Part shown: piece after piece, positions 56,274-64,000 of the stretch
Numbering within the stretch: the first letter of the stretch is position 1
Layout: the number at the start of each line of letters is the position of its first letter
Assembly (NCBI GenBank): GCA_965208325.1
Contig: OZ242326.1
Location: forward strand, 2,176,001 to 2,240,000
DNA from: Candidatus Poribacteria bacterium
Lineage (GTDB): Bacteria; Poribacteria; WGA-4E; PCPOR2b
Direction of reading: 5' to 3'
DNA length: 64,000 nucleotides
The notes under the pieces: generated by a model
Databases searched by the model: none
The model's input: the letters and a program-made list of their open reading frames with translations, nothing else
What the model was told of the DNA's origin: nothing
Program-made: the position numbers and the translations under genes

Positions 56274-58910
56274 TCACGCGTCGTCTTTGATGGCGGCTTG
56301 CGCTGCCGCGAGGCGGGCAATCGGAACTCGAAACGGTGAACAGCTTACATAATCCAACCCTAAACGATGGCAGAACTCAACCGAACTCGGTTCACCGCCG
56401 TGTTCGCCGCAGATACCGACCTTGAGATCGGGGCGGGTTTGACGCCCCCGTTCTGTGCCGATTTGCACGAGTTCCCCCACACCATCCTGATCGAGTATTT
56501 GGAACGGATCGCCTTCAAAGATGTCGCTCTCAACGTAATGCTCCAAAAATTTGCCGATATCGTCTCGACTCAGCCCGAACGTGGTTTGCGTCAGGTCGTT
56601 TGTCCCGAAAGAGAAGAATTCCGCCGCTTCAGCGATTTCATTGCCTGTTAATGCGGCTCTGGGGAGCTCTATCATTGTGCCGATGAGGTAATCGACTCTG
56701 ACACCGCTGCCATTGAACACCGTTTCCGCAGTATCAATGACTATCTGGCGTTGTAATACCAGCTCTTTGACATGCCCGACCAAGGGAATCATAATCTCGG
56801 GAATAACTTTAATTCCACGCTTGGACGCATCCACGGCGGCTTCAAAGATGGCGCGCGCTTGCATTTCCGTAATTTCCGGATAGACTATTCCGAGGCGGCA
56901 GCCGCGGTGGCCCAACATCGGGTTTGTCTCGCGCAGCGATTCCACTTGCTTGCGCAGCAATTCGGGAGAACTACCGGTTTTGTCCGCAAGTGCGTAAATC
57001 TCCTCGTCGGTATGCGGCAAGAATTCATGAAGCGGCGGATCTAAAGTTCGGATTGTGACAGGATAACCGTCAATTGCCTCAAAAATGCCGATAAAGTCCT
57101 CTAGTTGGTAAGGCAGTAACTTTGCCAATGCGCGTTTTCGGCCTTTTTCATTTCGCGCGAGGATCATTTCGCGCATCGCATCGATTTGATCTCCCTCAAA
57201 GAACATGTGCTCTGTACGGCAAAGCCCAATACCTTCCGCGCCAAATTCTCGCGCCTTCTTAGTATCCGACGGTGTATCGGCATTGGTACGCACACCAAGT
57301 TTCCTAAATTCGTCCGACCATTCCATCAGCGTTGCAAATTCACGGCTCAATGTGGGTTCAATCAGTTCGACCGCCCCGGCAATAACTTCACCTGTTGACC
57401 CATTAAGCGTAATGTAATCGCCTTCCCCGAATTGCAGCGTATTGATGTGAAATTCCTTGTTCGCCGCATTGACGACGATGGCGCTGCACCCGGCAACACA
57501 GCTTTTTCCCATACCGCGTGCAACGACGGCAGCATGAGATGTCATTCCGCCGCGCGATGTAAGAATTCCCGCAGCCGCATACATCCCGCCAATGTCTTCC
57601 GGCGAAGTCTCCGACCGCACCAATATAACGTCCTCACCTTCGTGCGCTAGTTCCTCGGCACGATCCGCAGTGAAAACCACTTTGCCGACGGCGGCACCGG
57701 GAGAGGCGGGAAGGCCTTTTGCAATCACATCAACAGTTGAATTGGGATCAATCATCGAATGCAACAGTTGGTCAAGGTCGTTCGGCGGTACACGCATCAC
57801 AGCGGTGCGTTTATCAATTAGACCTTCATTGACCATTTCAACAGCGACCCGCACGGCTGCATGACCTGTCCGCTTACCTGCACGGGTTTGAAGCATAAAG
57901 AGGCGCCCATCTTGAATCGTGAATTCCAAATCCTGCATATCGCGATAGTGCGTTTCAAGTCGACCGGCAGTTTCCACTAACTGATTATAAGCGTCCGGCA
58001 AAATGGTACGGAGGTCGTCAATGGGGAGCGGCGTGCGGATTCCCGCGACGACATCTTCGCCTTGTGCATTTACCAAAAACTCACCGTAGAAGCGATTTTC
58101 CCCTGTAGACGGATTTCGCGTAAATGCGACCCCGGTCGCAGAATTGCCGCCCAAGTTTCCAAAGACCATGGCTTGCACGTTTACAGCGGTTTGCCCTTGA
58201 TTGTCGGGGATGTTGTTCAATCGGCGGTAGATAACCGCTCTTTCATTATTCGACGATTCAAACACCGCGTCGCGAGCCATATCCAACTGCCGACGTACGT
58301 CTTCCGGGAAGTCGGCTCCCGTCGCCCGTTTGACAGCCGTTTTGAATTCCAAAATGAGTTCTCCGAGATCGCCCGCGTCCAATTCGGTGTCCAGTTCAAC
58401 GCCTTTTGCCTCCTTCTTCGCTTCCAACAGATGCTCAAAAGTATCATGTTTAACGTTGAGAACAACGTTGCCGAACATCTGTACGAACCGGCGGTAAGCG
58501 TCGTAAGCGAATCGTTCGGATCCCGACTTGGCAATCAGACCCTTGACCGTGTCATCGTTTAAGCCGAGATTGAGAATCGTATCCATCATGCCCGGCATCG
58601 AAATTGCGGCGCCTGATCTCACAGACACGAGCAATGGATTTTCCGGGTCGGCGAACTTTGTCCCCATTGCAGATTCGAGCTTTCCCAAGTTTTCATCAAT
58701 TTGCTGCTCAAGCCCGTCCGGATATGTTTTTTGATTCGCGTAATAAAACTTGCAGACCTCTGTGGATATGGTGTATCCAGGGGGGACTGGTATGCCTAAG
58801 TTTGTCATTTCCGCGAGATTCGCACCCTTGCCGCCGAGCAGCGCACGCATCTCGGCGCTTCCGTCGGCTTTCCCCTCACCGAAAAAATACACATACTTGG
58901 AATGAGACAT
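56274..58910 (-). CDS. ppdK: Pyruvate, phosphate dikinase
   Basis: LGGKGANLAEM, SMPGMMDT, GGMTSHAAVVAR, GLCRTEHMF, FGTNDLTQ, GICGEHGG. Confidence 0.98.
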   Translation of the reverse strand: MSHSKYVYFFGEGKADGSAEMRALLGGKGANLAEMTNLGIPVPPGYTISTEVCKFYYANQKTYPDGLEQQIDENLGKLESAMGTKFADPENPLLVSVRSGAAISMPGMMDTILNLGLNDDTVKGLIAKSGSERFAYDAYRRFVQMFGNVVLNVKHDTFEHLLEAKKEAKGVELDTELDAGDLGELILEFKTAVKRATGADFPEDVRRQLDMARDAVFESSNNERAVIYRRLNNIPDNQGQTAVNVQAMVFGNLGGNSATGVAFTRNPSTGENRFYGEFLVNAQGEDVVAGIRTPLPIDDLRTILPDAYNQLVETAGRLETHYRDMQDLEFTIQDGRLFMLQTRAGKRTGHAAVRVAVEMVNEGLIDKRTAVMRVPPNDLDQLLHSMIDPNSTVDVIAKGLPASPGAAVGKVVFTADRAEELAHEGEDVILVRSETSPEDIGGMYAAAGILTSRGGMTSHAAVVARGMGKSCVAGCSAIVVNAANKEFHINTLQFGEGDYITLNGSTGEVIAGAVELIEPTLSREFATLMEWSDEFRKLGVRTNADTPSDTKKAREFGAEGIGLCRTEHMFFEGDQIDAMREMILARNEKGRKRALAKLLPYQLEDFIGIFEAIDGYPVTIRTLDPPLHEFLPHTDEEIYALADKTGSSPELLRKQVESLRETNPMLGHRGCRLGIVYPEITEMQARAIFEAAVDASKRGIKVIPEIMIPLVGHVKELVLQRQIVIDTAETVFNGSGVRVDYLIGTMIELPRAALTGNEIAEAAEFFSFGTNDLTQTTFGLSRDDIGKFLEHYVESDIFEGDPFQILDQDGVGELVQIGTERGRQTRPDLKVGICGEHGGEPSSVEFCHRLGLDYVSCSPFRVPIARLAAAQAAIKDDA

Positions 58911-58987
58911 CTTAACCCTCTTTTGAATCGCCCCTATGTTTGTTGCGCGTTGAGCAATAGTTACGGATGCAGCATTGAAAATTTAAC

Positions 58988-59016
58988 AAAGAAAATCCCT
59001 CCGCGAAGGGAGGGAT
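58988..59016 (-). terminator. Intrinsic terminator after pafA
   Basis: Minus strand ATCCCTCC-CTTCGC-GGAGGGAT followed by TTTCTTT. Confidence 0.65.
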
Positions 59017-59052
59017 ATATTAACTCAGATTGGAAATTCCGCCGTACTGGAT

Positions 59053-60411
59053 TTAAATTGAATAAATCATACGGCTTGCTTCATCAAAATCCACCTGAAA
59101 GGGGTTGGTTGAAAGGTAGAGCTTTTGGTAGGGTTCGTACAGTTGAATGTAACTCCAATTGACGCCGCAGAGCACCTTCCTTTCGTTTGCCAGTTTTACA
59201 AAACGCCCCCGGAATTTTGCGCGGGTGGTTTCCGGTGGATAGTGCATAGCGTTCTCAATCTCCTTATCGGCAACCATTTTTTGAACAAGGTCTTTTTTTT
59301 CAAGTTTATAATACAATCCGCGGTCCGGCCGGATATTGTGGTACTGTAGATCGAGCATCATGACTTTAGCCGAGTCCCATTTAAGGCGGCGTTGGGTGAC
59401 ATAGGTTTCAATCAATTTTTTCTTGGCGACCCAATCCAGTATTCGATCTAGTTGCATAGGGTCTGTTTCCAAACAGGTCAAAATGTACTCCCAAGCCGCC
59501 ATAATCTTGTTTTCGTCGGCATCCGATTCCTCCTGCTCAAAATACAGTTTAGCGCATTCGAGATACTCTCGTTGAAGTTCGACCGCAGATAGCCGCTTGC
59601 CACTCTCCAATTCAATCTGTTGGGTACAGGTCGTATCTTCCGATATTTGCTGGATTGCTCGCACAGAGTCGCGCAAAGCCAAACGCTTTTTTATGAAATT
59701 GTCCTCAATCATCCGCAAGACAATTGATGTGGTTCCGACCTTTAAAAATGTCGCTAACTCAGACATATTGGAATCGCCGACGATAACGTGCAACCGCCTG
59801 TATTTTTCCCGATCGGCGTGCGGCTCATCGCGTGTATTTATGATCCCTCGAGCTGTTGTCGTAGCAATGGAGATTTCCTCACGGATATGCTGGGCGCGCT
59901 GAGAAATAACGTATTTGCCTCGGTTGGTCGGTTTAACTTTGCCGGCGCCCGCAAAAACTTGGCGAGTGACAAAAAATGGAATCAGTTGTGAAGCGAGTTG
60001 ACGGAAGCTAACGTGCCGCTCCATTAGGTAGTTTTCGTGACAACCGTAGGTGTTTCCGGGCGTATCCGTGTTATTCTTGAAAACTGAAATTCTCCCAAGG
60101 AAGCCGTCCAATCTCATCTTACGTTCCGCAGCAACGGATAGCCGCTCAATAATCCGCTCACCGGCTTTGTCATGGATCACAACGTCGGTTACACTATCGC
60201 ATTCGGGGGTGGCGTACTCCGGATGGCAACCGATATCCTGATAAAAGCGAGCGCCGTTTTCTAGAAATACATCCGGATACATCCGTCCAGAGATGATTTC
60301 GCGAAAGAGATACATCACGGCATTTTGGATGGATAGCGCTTTGCCGCCTCGCCGATCGGAGGTACAAATAATCCCGTATTCATTTTCTAAGCCATAAATT
60401 CTACGATTCAC
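59053..60411 (-). CDS. pafA: Pup--protein ligase
   Basis: RRIYGLENEYG, NGARFYQDIGCHPEYATPEC, YGCHENYL, INTRDEPHAD, RLHVIVGDSNMSE, DLQYHNI, PPETTRAKFRGRF. Confidence 0.9.
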   Translation of the reverse strand: MNRRIYGLENEYGIICTSDRRGGKALSIQNAVMYLFREIISGRMYPDVFLENGARFYQDIGCHPEYATPECDSVTDVVIHDKAGERIIERLSVAAERKMRLDGFLGRISVFKNNTDTPGNTYGCHENYLMERHVSFRQLASQLIPFFVTRQVFAGAGKVKPTNRGKYVISQRAQHIREEISIATTTARGIINTRDEPHADREKYRRLHVIVGDSNMSELATFLKVGTTSIVLRMIEDNFIKKRLALRDSVRAIQQISEDTTCTQQIELESGKRLSAVELQREYLECAKLYFEQEESDADENKIMAAWEYILTCLETDPMQLDRILDWVAKKKLIETYVTQRRLKWDSAKVMMLDLQYHNIRPDRGLYYKLEKKDLVQKMVADKEIENAMHYPPETTRAKFRGRFVKLANERKVLCGVNWSYIQLYEPYQKLYLSTNPFQVDFDEASRMIYSI

Positions 60412-61121
60412 GATGCTAATATCTCTTCGAGTTCATCCGGCAGGAGACGCCTGAATTTACGTCTATTTCTATTTTCATCAAGGACAGCGACTTCTAGCGT
60501 GTCAGCCGAAATGTGATATCTCTGATCTTCGTCCGCCTTCGCCTCAATGGTTTCAAAGCCATTCACAGCCAGCTTTACCGCATCCTTCAACTCTAATCCA
60601 TCTTCGTACGCACCCTCAAGGATTTCTGAAATTTCATCTGATCGCCCGCCAATAATTGCATACTTCTGTTCTTCCCAAAAAGTGCCGTCAAACGAAAGCT
60701 GATAGATTCTATGGCTCGAATCCGGATCTGCCCTAAGTTCGCAAAGAAGCAGTTCGACTTCAAGCGGTTTTGTATCTGTTTGCCAGAAAATTGCGGCAAT
60801 TCGCTGCGAGAAAATATTATTCGTTAGCCATTTCGCAGTAACATCTGCACGGTTGAACGTATAACCCTTGATTTCTGCTTCTCGGATGCCGAGGTATCTT
60901 AGGGCTTCATATTCTGCGATTCGGCCAGTAGCGGCGAGCGCAATTCGATCGTAAATTTCCGAAATCTTGAAGAGTGTCGTCAACGGGTTTTCCGCAACCA
61001 TCACGATGCCGTCTTTGTATTCTAGAACAATAACCTCTTTGGCTCTTTCGATGCCAGTGCGGACAAAATCTGCTTTGTCCTGCATGATTTGTTCCGGCGA
61101 CACATAATACGGTGTGGACAT
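60408..61121 (-). CDS. prcA: 20S proteasome alpha subunit
   Basis: PYYVSPEQIMQDKADF, KISEIYDRI, KPLEVEL, LEVAVLD..R.RRKFRRL (actinobacterial type). Confidence 0.93.
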   Translation of the reverse strand: MSTPYYVSPEQIMQDKADFVRTGIERAKEVIVLEYKDGIVMVAENPLTTLFKISEIYDRIALAATGRIAEYEALRYLGIREAEIKGYTFNRADVTAKWLTNNIFSQRIAAIFWQTDTKPLEVELLLCELRADPDSSHRIYQLSFDGTFWEEQKYAIIGGRSDEISEILEGAYEDGLELKDAVKLAVNGFETIEAKADEDQRYHISADTLEVAVLDENRNRRKFRRLLPDELEEILAS

Positions 61122-61136
61122 CAACACCTCCTCTCG

Positions 61137-61955
61137 CTACATCTCTCTGAGGTTTTCAATTAACTCAGTGTATAGCCGTTCGACCTCTGAATCCGCAATG
61201 TCTGAAACCCCTCTTCGCTCTATACACTTGATTGTTGGGTAAATTCCACGAATCATATCCGGTCCCGCAGTCCCCAAGTCCTCATCGGCGGCATCCCAAA
61301 GCGCCTCAGCAACAACCCTCAATACCTCATCACGTGCCATATCCTTGCTGTAACGTTTCTTTAAGGTTGTCTGCGCATCCTTGCCGCCGGATCCTATCGC
61401 GTGATAATCTGCTTCTTCATACCGCCCGCCGGTAACATCATATTTATAGATTTTGGCTTGTTTCTCTTTCGGATCATAACCGGCAAAGATTGGAATGACG
61501 TATAATCCCTGCAGCGCCATACCTAGATTCGACTTCACCATGTTTGACAGATGATTTGCCTTGCCTTCCAAACTCAAGGTTGTACCTTCTATTTTTTCGT
61601 AAAACTCAACCTCAACTTGGAACAGTTTTGCCATTTCAATACACGGTCCAGCGACGCCAGCAATTGCAATCGCTGAATGTTCATCTACTTCATATACTTT
61701 TTGGATGCGCCGCTCGCCGACCTGAAACCCTTCTACAGCCTGACGATCGCCGGCAATAATCACGCCATCTTTGTAAACAGCCGCTAACACTGTAGTGCCT
61801 TTGAGCGCATCAAGCGAAGCGGCATGATGCTGCGCGCTTGGCAGCGGCACCTCGGACAACGCCTCCGTGTTGAATGCGGCATACAGTTCAGGACGCCTAC
61901 GCTTGAGGATTTCAAGGAAATCGGAGTTGCCGTAGTCGGCTACATCAAGCAGCAC
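61137..61955 (-). CDS. prcB: 20S proteasome beta subunit (with propeptide)
   Basis: Propeptide then G/TTVLA catalytic Thr; AGDR, EFYEKIEG..LSLEGKAN, GSGG, DAADED..TAGPD. Confidence 0.93.
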   Translation of the reverse strand: MLLDVADYGNSDFLEILKRRRPELYAAFNTEALSEVPLPSAQHHAASLDALKGTTVLAAVYKDGVIIAGDRQAVEGFQVGERRIQKVYEVDEHSAIAIAGVAGPCIEMAKLFQVEVEFYEKIEGTTLSLEGKANHLSNMVKSNLGMALQGLYVIPIFAGYDPKEKQAKIYKYDVTGGRYEEADYHAIGSGGKDAQTTLKKRYSKDMARDEVLRVVAEALWDAADEDLGTAGPDMIRGIYPTIKCIERRGVSDIADSEVERLYTELIENLREM

Positions 61956-62152
61956 TACTGCCCTCCTCTTTGAATATAATTCTCTACAAATTCTTCTGAA
62001 TCTTCTTCTAAAATTTCGTCAATTTCGTCGAGAAGTTGGTCGAGATCTTCTTTGATTTCCTCGCCCTGTTCCGTAACTTCCGGATCAGGTTGGATTTCCT
62101 CAGCATCTTGAGTCAAGTTATCTTTGTGTTCTTGCTGTTTTTCGGACGGCAT
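61955..62152 (-). CDS. pup: Prokaryotic ubiquitin-like protein Pup
   Basis: 65-aa acidic protein ending LDEIDEILEEDSEEFVENYIQRGGQ; located between dop and prcB. Confidence 0.92.
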   Translation of the reverse strand: MPSEKQQEHKDNLTQDAEEIQPDPEVTEQGEEIKEDLDQLLDEIDEILEEDSEEFVENYIQRGGQ

Positions 62153-62167
62153 TTATCTCTCCTCCTT

Positions 62168-63667
62168 TTAAAAATTGTTGTTGGAACCGTGAATTGCATG
62201 AACGAGTTCTGATGCCGTACAAGTCCTCAAGAGATTGCCCACAATTTCTTGAGTGCCAAAATGTGGGCGGTCCATTAAGATTTTGTCTAAAGAAGAACCA
62301 TCAAGTGAAAAAATCATCGAATTCCAACTCGCGCTATGAATTTCGTGCGGGTATTTTTGCAAACACACACCCCGAAAATAGGCGCGTGTATCAACCGGTG
62401 GATGGGTTACAGCGTAGACGATTTCCTCTTGATTGAGTATACGTTCGACGTGTCCGTTTTTGAGTAACCTGACATATAGCCCTTTGTTGGGCCGTATGTC
62501 GTGATATTGCAGATCCATCATCCGGACGCGGGGATGCGACCAACTGACACCGCGGCGTTCGATATATGCAGTGATGAGGTTTTTCTTAATCACCCAATCG
62601 AGATGCCGCTCTAGCAGCATTGGATTGACTTCGAGCTGATTGAGAACAAACTCCCATTTGTCCATCACATCCTGCATCACTGGCGTAAAATCCGCCTTAG
62701 GAAGATGTTTATGAGCCAGTTCAAGATAAGCCCGCTGCACTTCGATCGGCGTCCATCGACGTCCATCGTCCAAATCGAGGGGATTTTTACATGATGAATC
62801 TCGCGACACCGTTTTGATTGCAGCAACTGGGTCTGACAGTTTGAATGCATCCCCCACCACACCCATTTCAATTAATTTCAGCACAATCGACGTGATTCCG
62901 ACTTTCAAATAGATGGTGAACTCTGACATATTGGAATCACCGACGATTACATGCAATCGGCGGTATAATTTTTCATCGGCGTGGGGTTCGTCGCGGGTGT
63001 TGATTATCGGACGAGCCACCATAGTGCTCAACCCCACTTCCGTTTCAAAGAAATCTGCACGCTGCGAGATTTGATAGTCCGTTTCCTCCGCGCCGTTTTC
63101 GGCGCCAACTTTTCCGCTGCCGGTGATGATTTGCCGCGTCACTAGAAACGGGGTTAACCCCGCGACAATGTCCTGAAAAGGAATACTCCGATTCATCAGG
63201 TAGTTTTCATGGCTGCCGTAGCTATGACCTTTATAGTCGCTGTTATTCTTATATATGATGATGTCTTGGTTAGCCGGCAGCAACTCTTCCGCAGCCATGC
63301 GGCTCAAATCTAATATCAGCTCTCCCGCCTTTTCATACTTCACAAGATCACGGGCATTTGTACATTCTGGCGTGCAATATTCCGGATGCGCATGGTCAAT
63401 ATAATACCGCCCACCGTTAATAAGAATGTCGTTGATGAGACTGTTGTTTTCTTGGTCGGGAGGATTGCTTTCGCCCTCGGATATAAACCCCCTTGCATCC
63501 ACCAATGGGTTTTCCTGCTCATAATCCCATGTGATGCCCTTCGGCCCCCGATCCTTATAGATATTTACGATGAGTGTCGAAGCGGCGACTGGATCCTGAT
63601 CGCGCGCATTTTTTACCGAAATCCCATACTCGGTTTCGGTTCCCATAATCATCGGTGTTGTTGTCAT
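62168..63667 (-). CDS. dop: Pup deamidase/depupylase Dop
   Basis: IMGTETEYGI, WDYEQENPL.DARGF, NGGRYYIDHAHPEY, SYGSHENYL, QRADFFE.EVGL.T, PP.DTRAYFRG, ASW. Confidence 0.92.
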   Translation of the reverse strand: MTTTPMIMGTETEYGISVKNARDQDPVAASTLIVNIYKDRGPKGITWDYEQENPLVDARGFISEGESNPPDQENNSLINDILINGGRYYIDHAHPEYCTPECTNARDLVKYEKAGELILDLSRMAAEELLPANQDIIIYKNNSDYKGHSYGSHENYLMNRSIPFQDIVAGLTPFLVTRQIITGSGKVGAENGAEETDYQISQRADFFETEVGLSTMVARPIINTRDEPHADEKLYRRLHVIVGDSNMSEFTIYLKVGITSIVLKLIEMGVVGDAFKLSDPVAAIKTVSRDSSCKNPLDLDDGRRWTPIEVQRAYLELAHKHLPKADFTPVMQDVMDKWEFVLNQLEVNPMLLERHLDWVIKKNLITAYIERRGVSWSHPRVRMMDLQYHDIRPNKGLYVRLLKNGHVERILNQEEIVYAVTHPPVDTRAYFRGVCLQKYPHEIHSASWNSMIFSLDGSSLDKILMDRPHFGTQEIVGNLLRTCTASELVHAIHGSNNNF

Positions 63668-63692
63668 AAGCTAAAAGAATAGATTGACATCT

Positions 63693-64000
63693 TTAAAGGT
63701 ACGCCCCGCCCTTTACAACTCTTACATCTTTCCTCTTGCGATCGGGTTCGTTCATCAAAGCTCTGATATTGACAATTCGTTCGCCTTTCCGCCCGGAAAT
63801 CTTTGCCCAATCATCTGGATTCGTTGTGTTTGGTAAATCTTCGTTTTCTTTATATTCCTCTCGGATAGCGAGTTGAAGATCTTCAAGCGTAATGCCCCGC
63901 TCTGCTTCTTCAGAATTGATTAAACGCTTGATTGCTATCTTTTTACTTCGAGCAACGATGTTATCAATCATCGCACCGCTCACAAAATCTTTGAAGTAAA
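63693..64000 (-). CDS. arc: Proteasome ATPase ARC/Mpa, C-terminal part (truncated by window edge)
   Basis: [45 protein letters not shown]-terminal GAYL (GQYL-type motif). Confidence 0.92.
   Translation of the reverse strand, partial: YFKDFVSGAMIDNIVARSKKIAIKRLINSEEAERGITLEDLQLAIREEYKENEDLPNTTNPDDWAKISGRKGERIVNIRALMNEPDRKRKDVRVVKGGAYL

Overview
Bacterial chromosomal window, mostly housekeeping and nutrient genes with accessory inserts. Several features suggest Candidatus Poribacteria or a relative (inference, not proven): a LamG protein ending in 'AV.S.GKLATTWASLK', an ECF sigma-TM-beta-propeller fusion, ankyrin/TPR proteins and GTAG-type REP elements. Gene content in order: urea ABC transporter (urtB partial, urtC, urtD, urtE) and urease (ureD, ureABC); small accessory genes; polA; a cytochrome P460-family lipoprotein; a REP-rich intergenic region; an ECF sigma fusion split by an in-frame TAG; a solitary UvrD-like helicase; yyaL-like, rsgA, uppS-like; ileS type 2; DUF5916, VWA and MATE genes; purD, ftsY; two cyclophilins; leuCD; vsr and hicB; an NfeD-flotillin operon; ppdK; and an actinobacterial-style Pup-proteasome operon (arc partial-dop-pup-prcB-prcA-pafA). 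Most notable observations: (1) a 2145-bp cassette encoding an OLD-like ATPase-TOPRIM protein sits inside the urt operon, bounded by a 47-bp duplication of the urtD 3' end, with no integrase; (2) a candidate Ile leader-peptide transcription attenuator upstream of ileS; (3) the non-canonical GVHH signature in IleRS; (4) the Pup-proteasome operon in an apparently non-actinobacterial host; (5) a stand-alone RelA zinc-finger/DUF2250 fusion; (6) a 20 x 7-bp tract before urtE and expanded REPIN-like elements. No rRNA, tRNA or CRISPR array was recognised. All family calls come from motif recognition by eye; no database searches were run.
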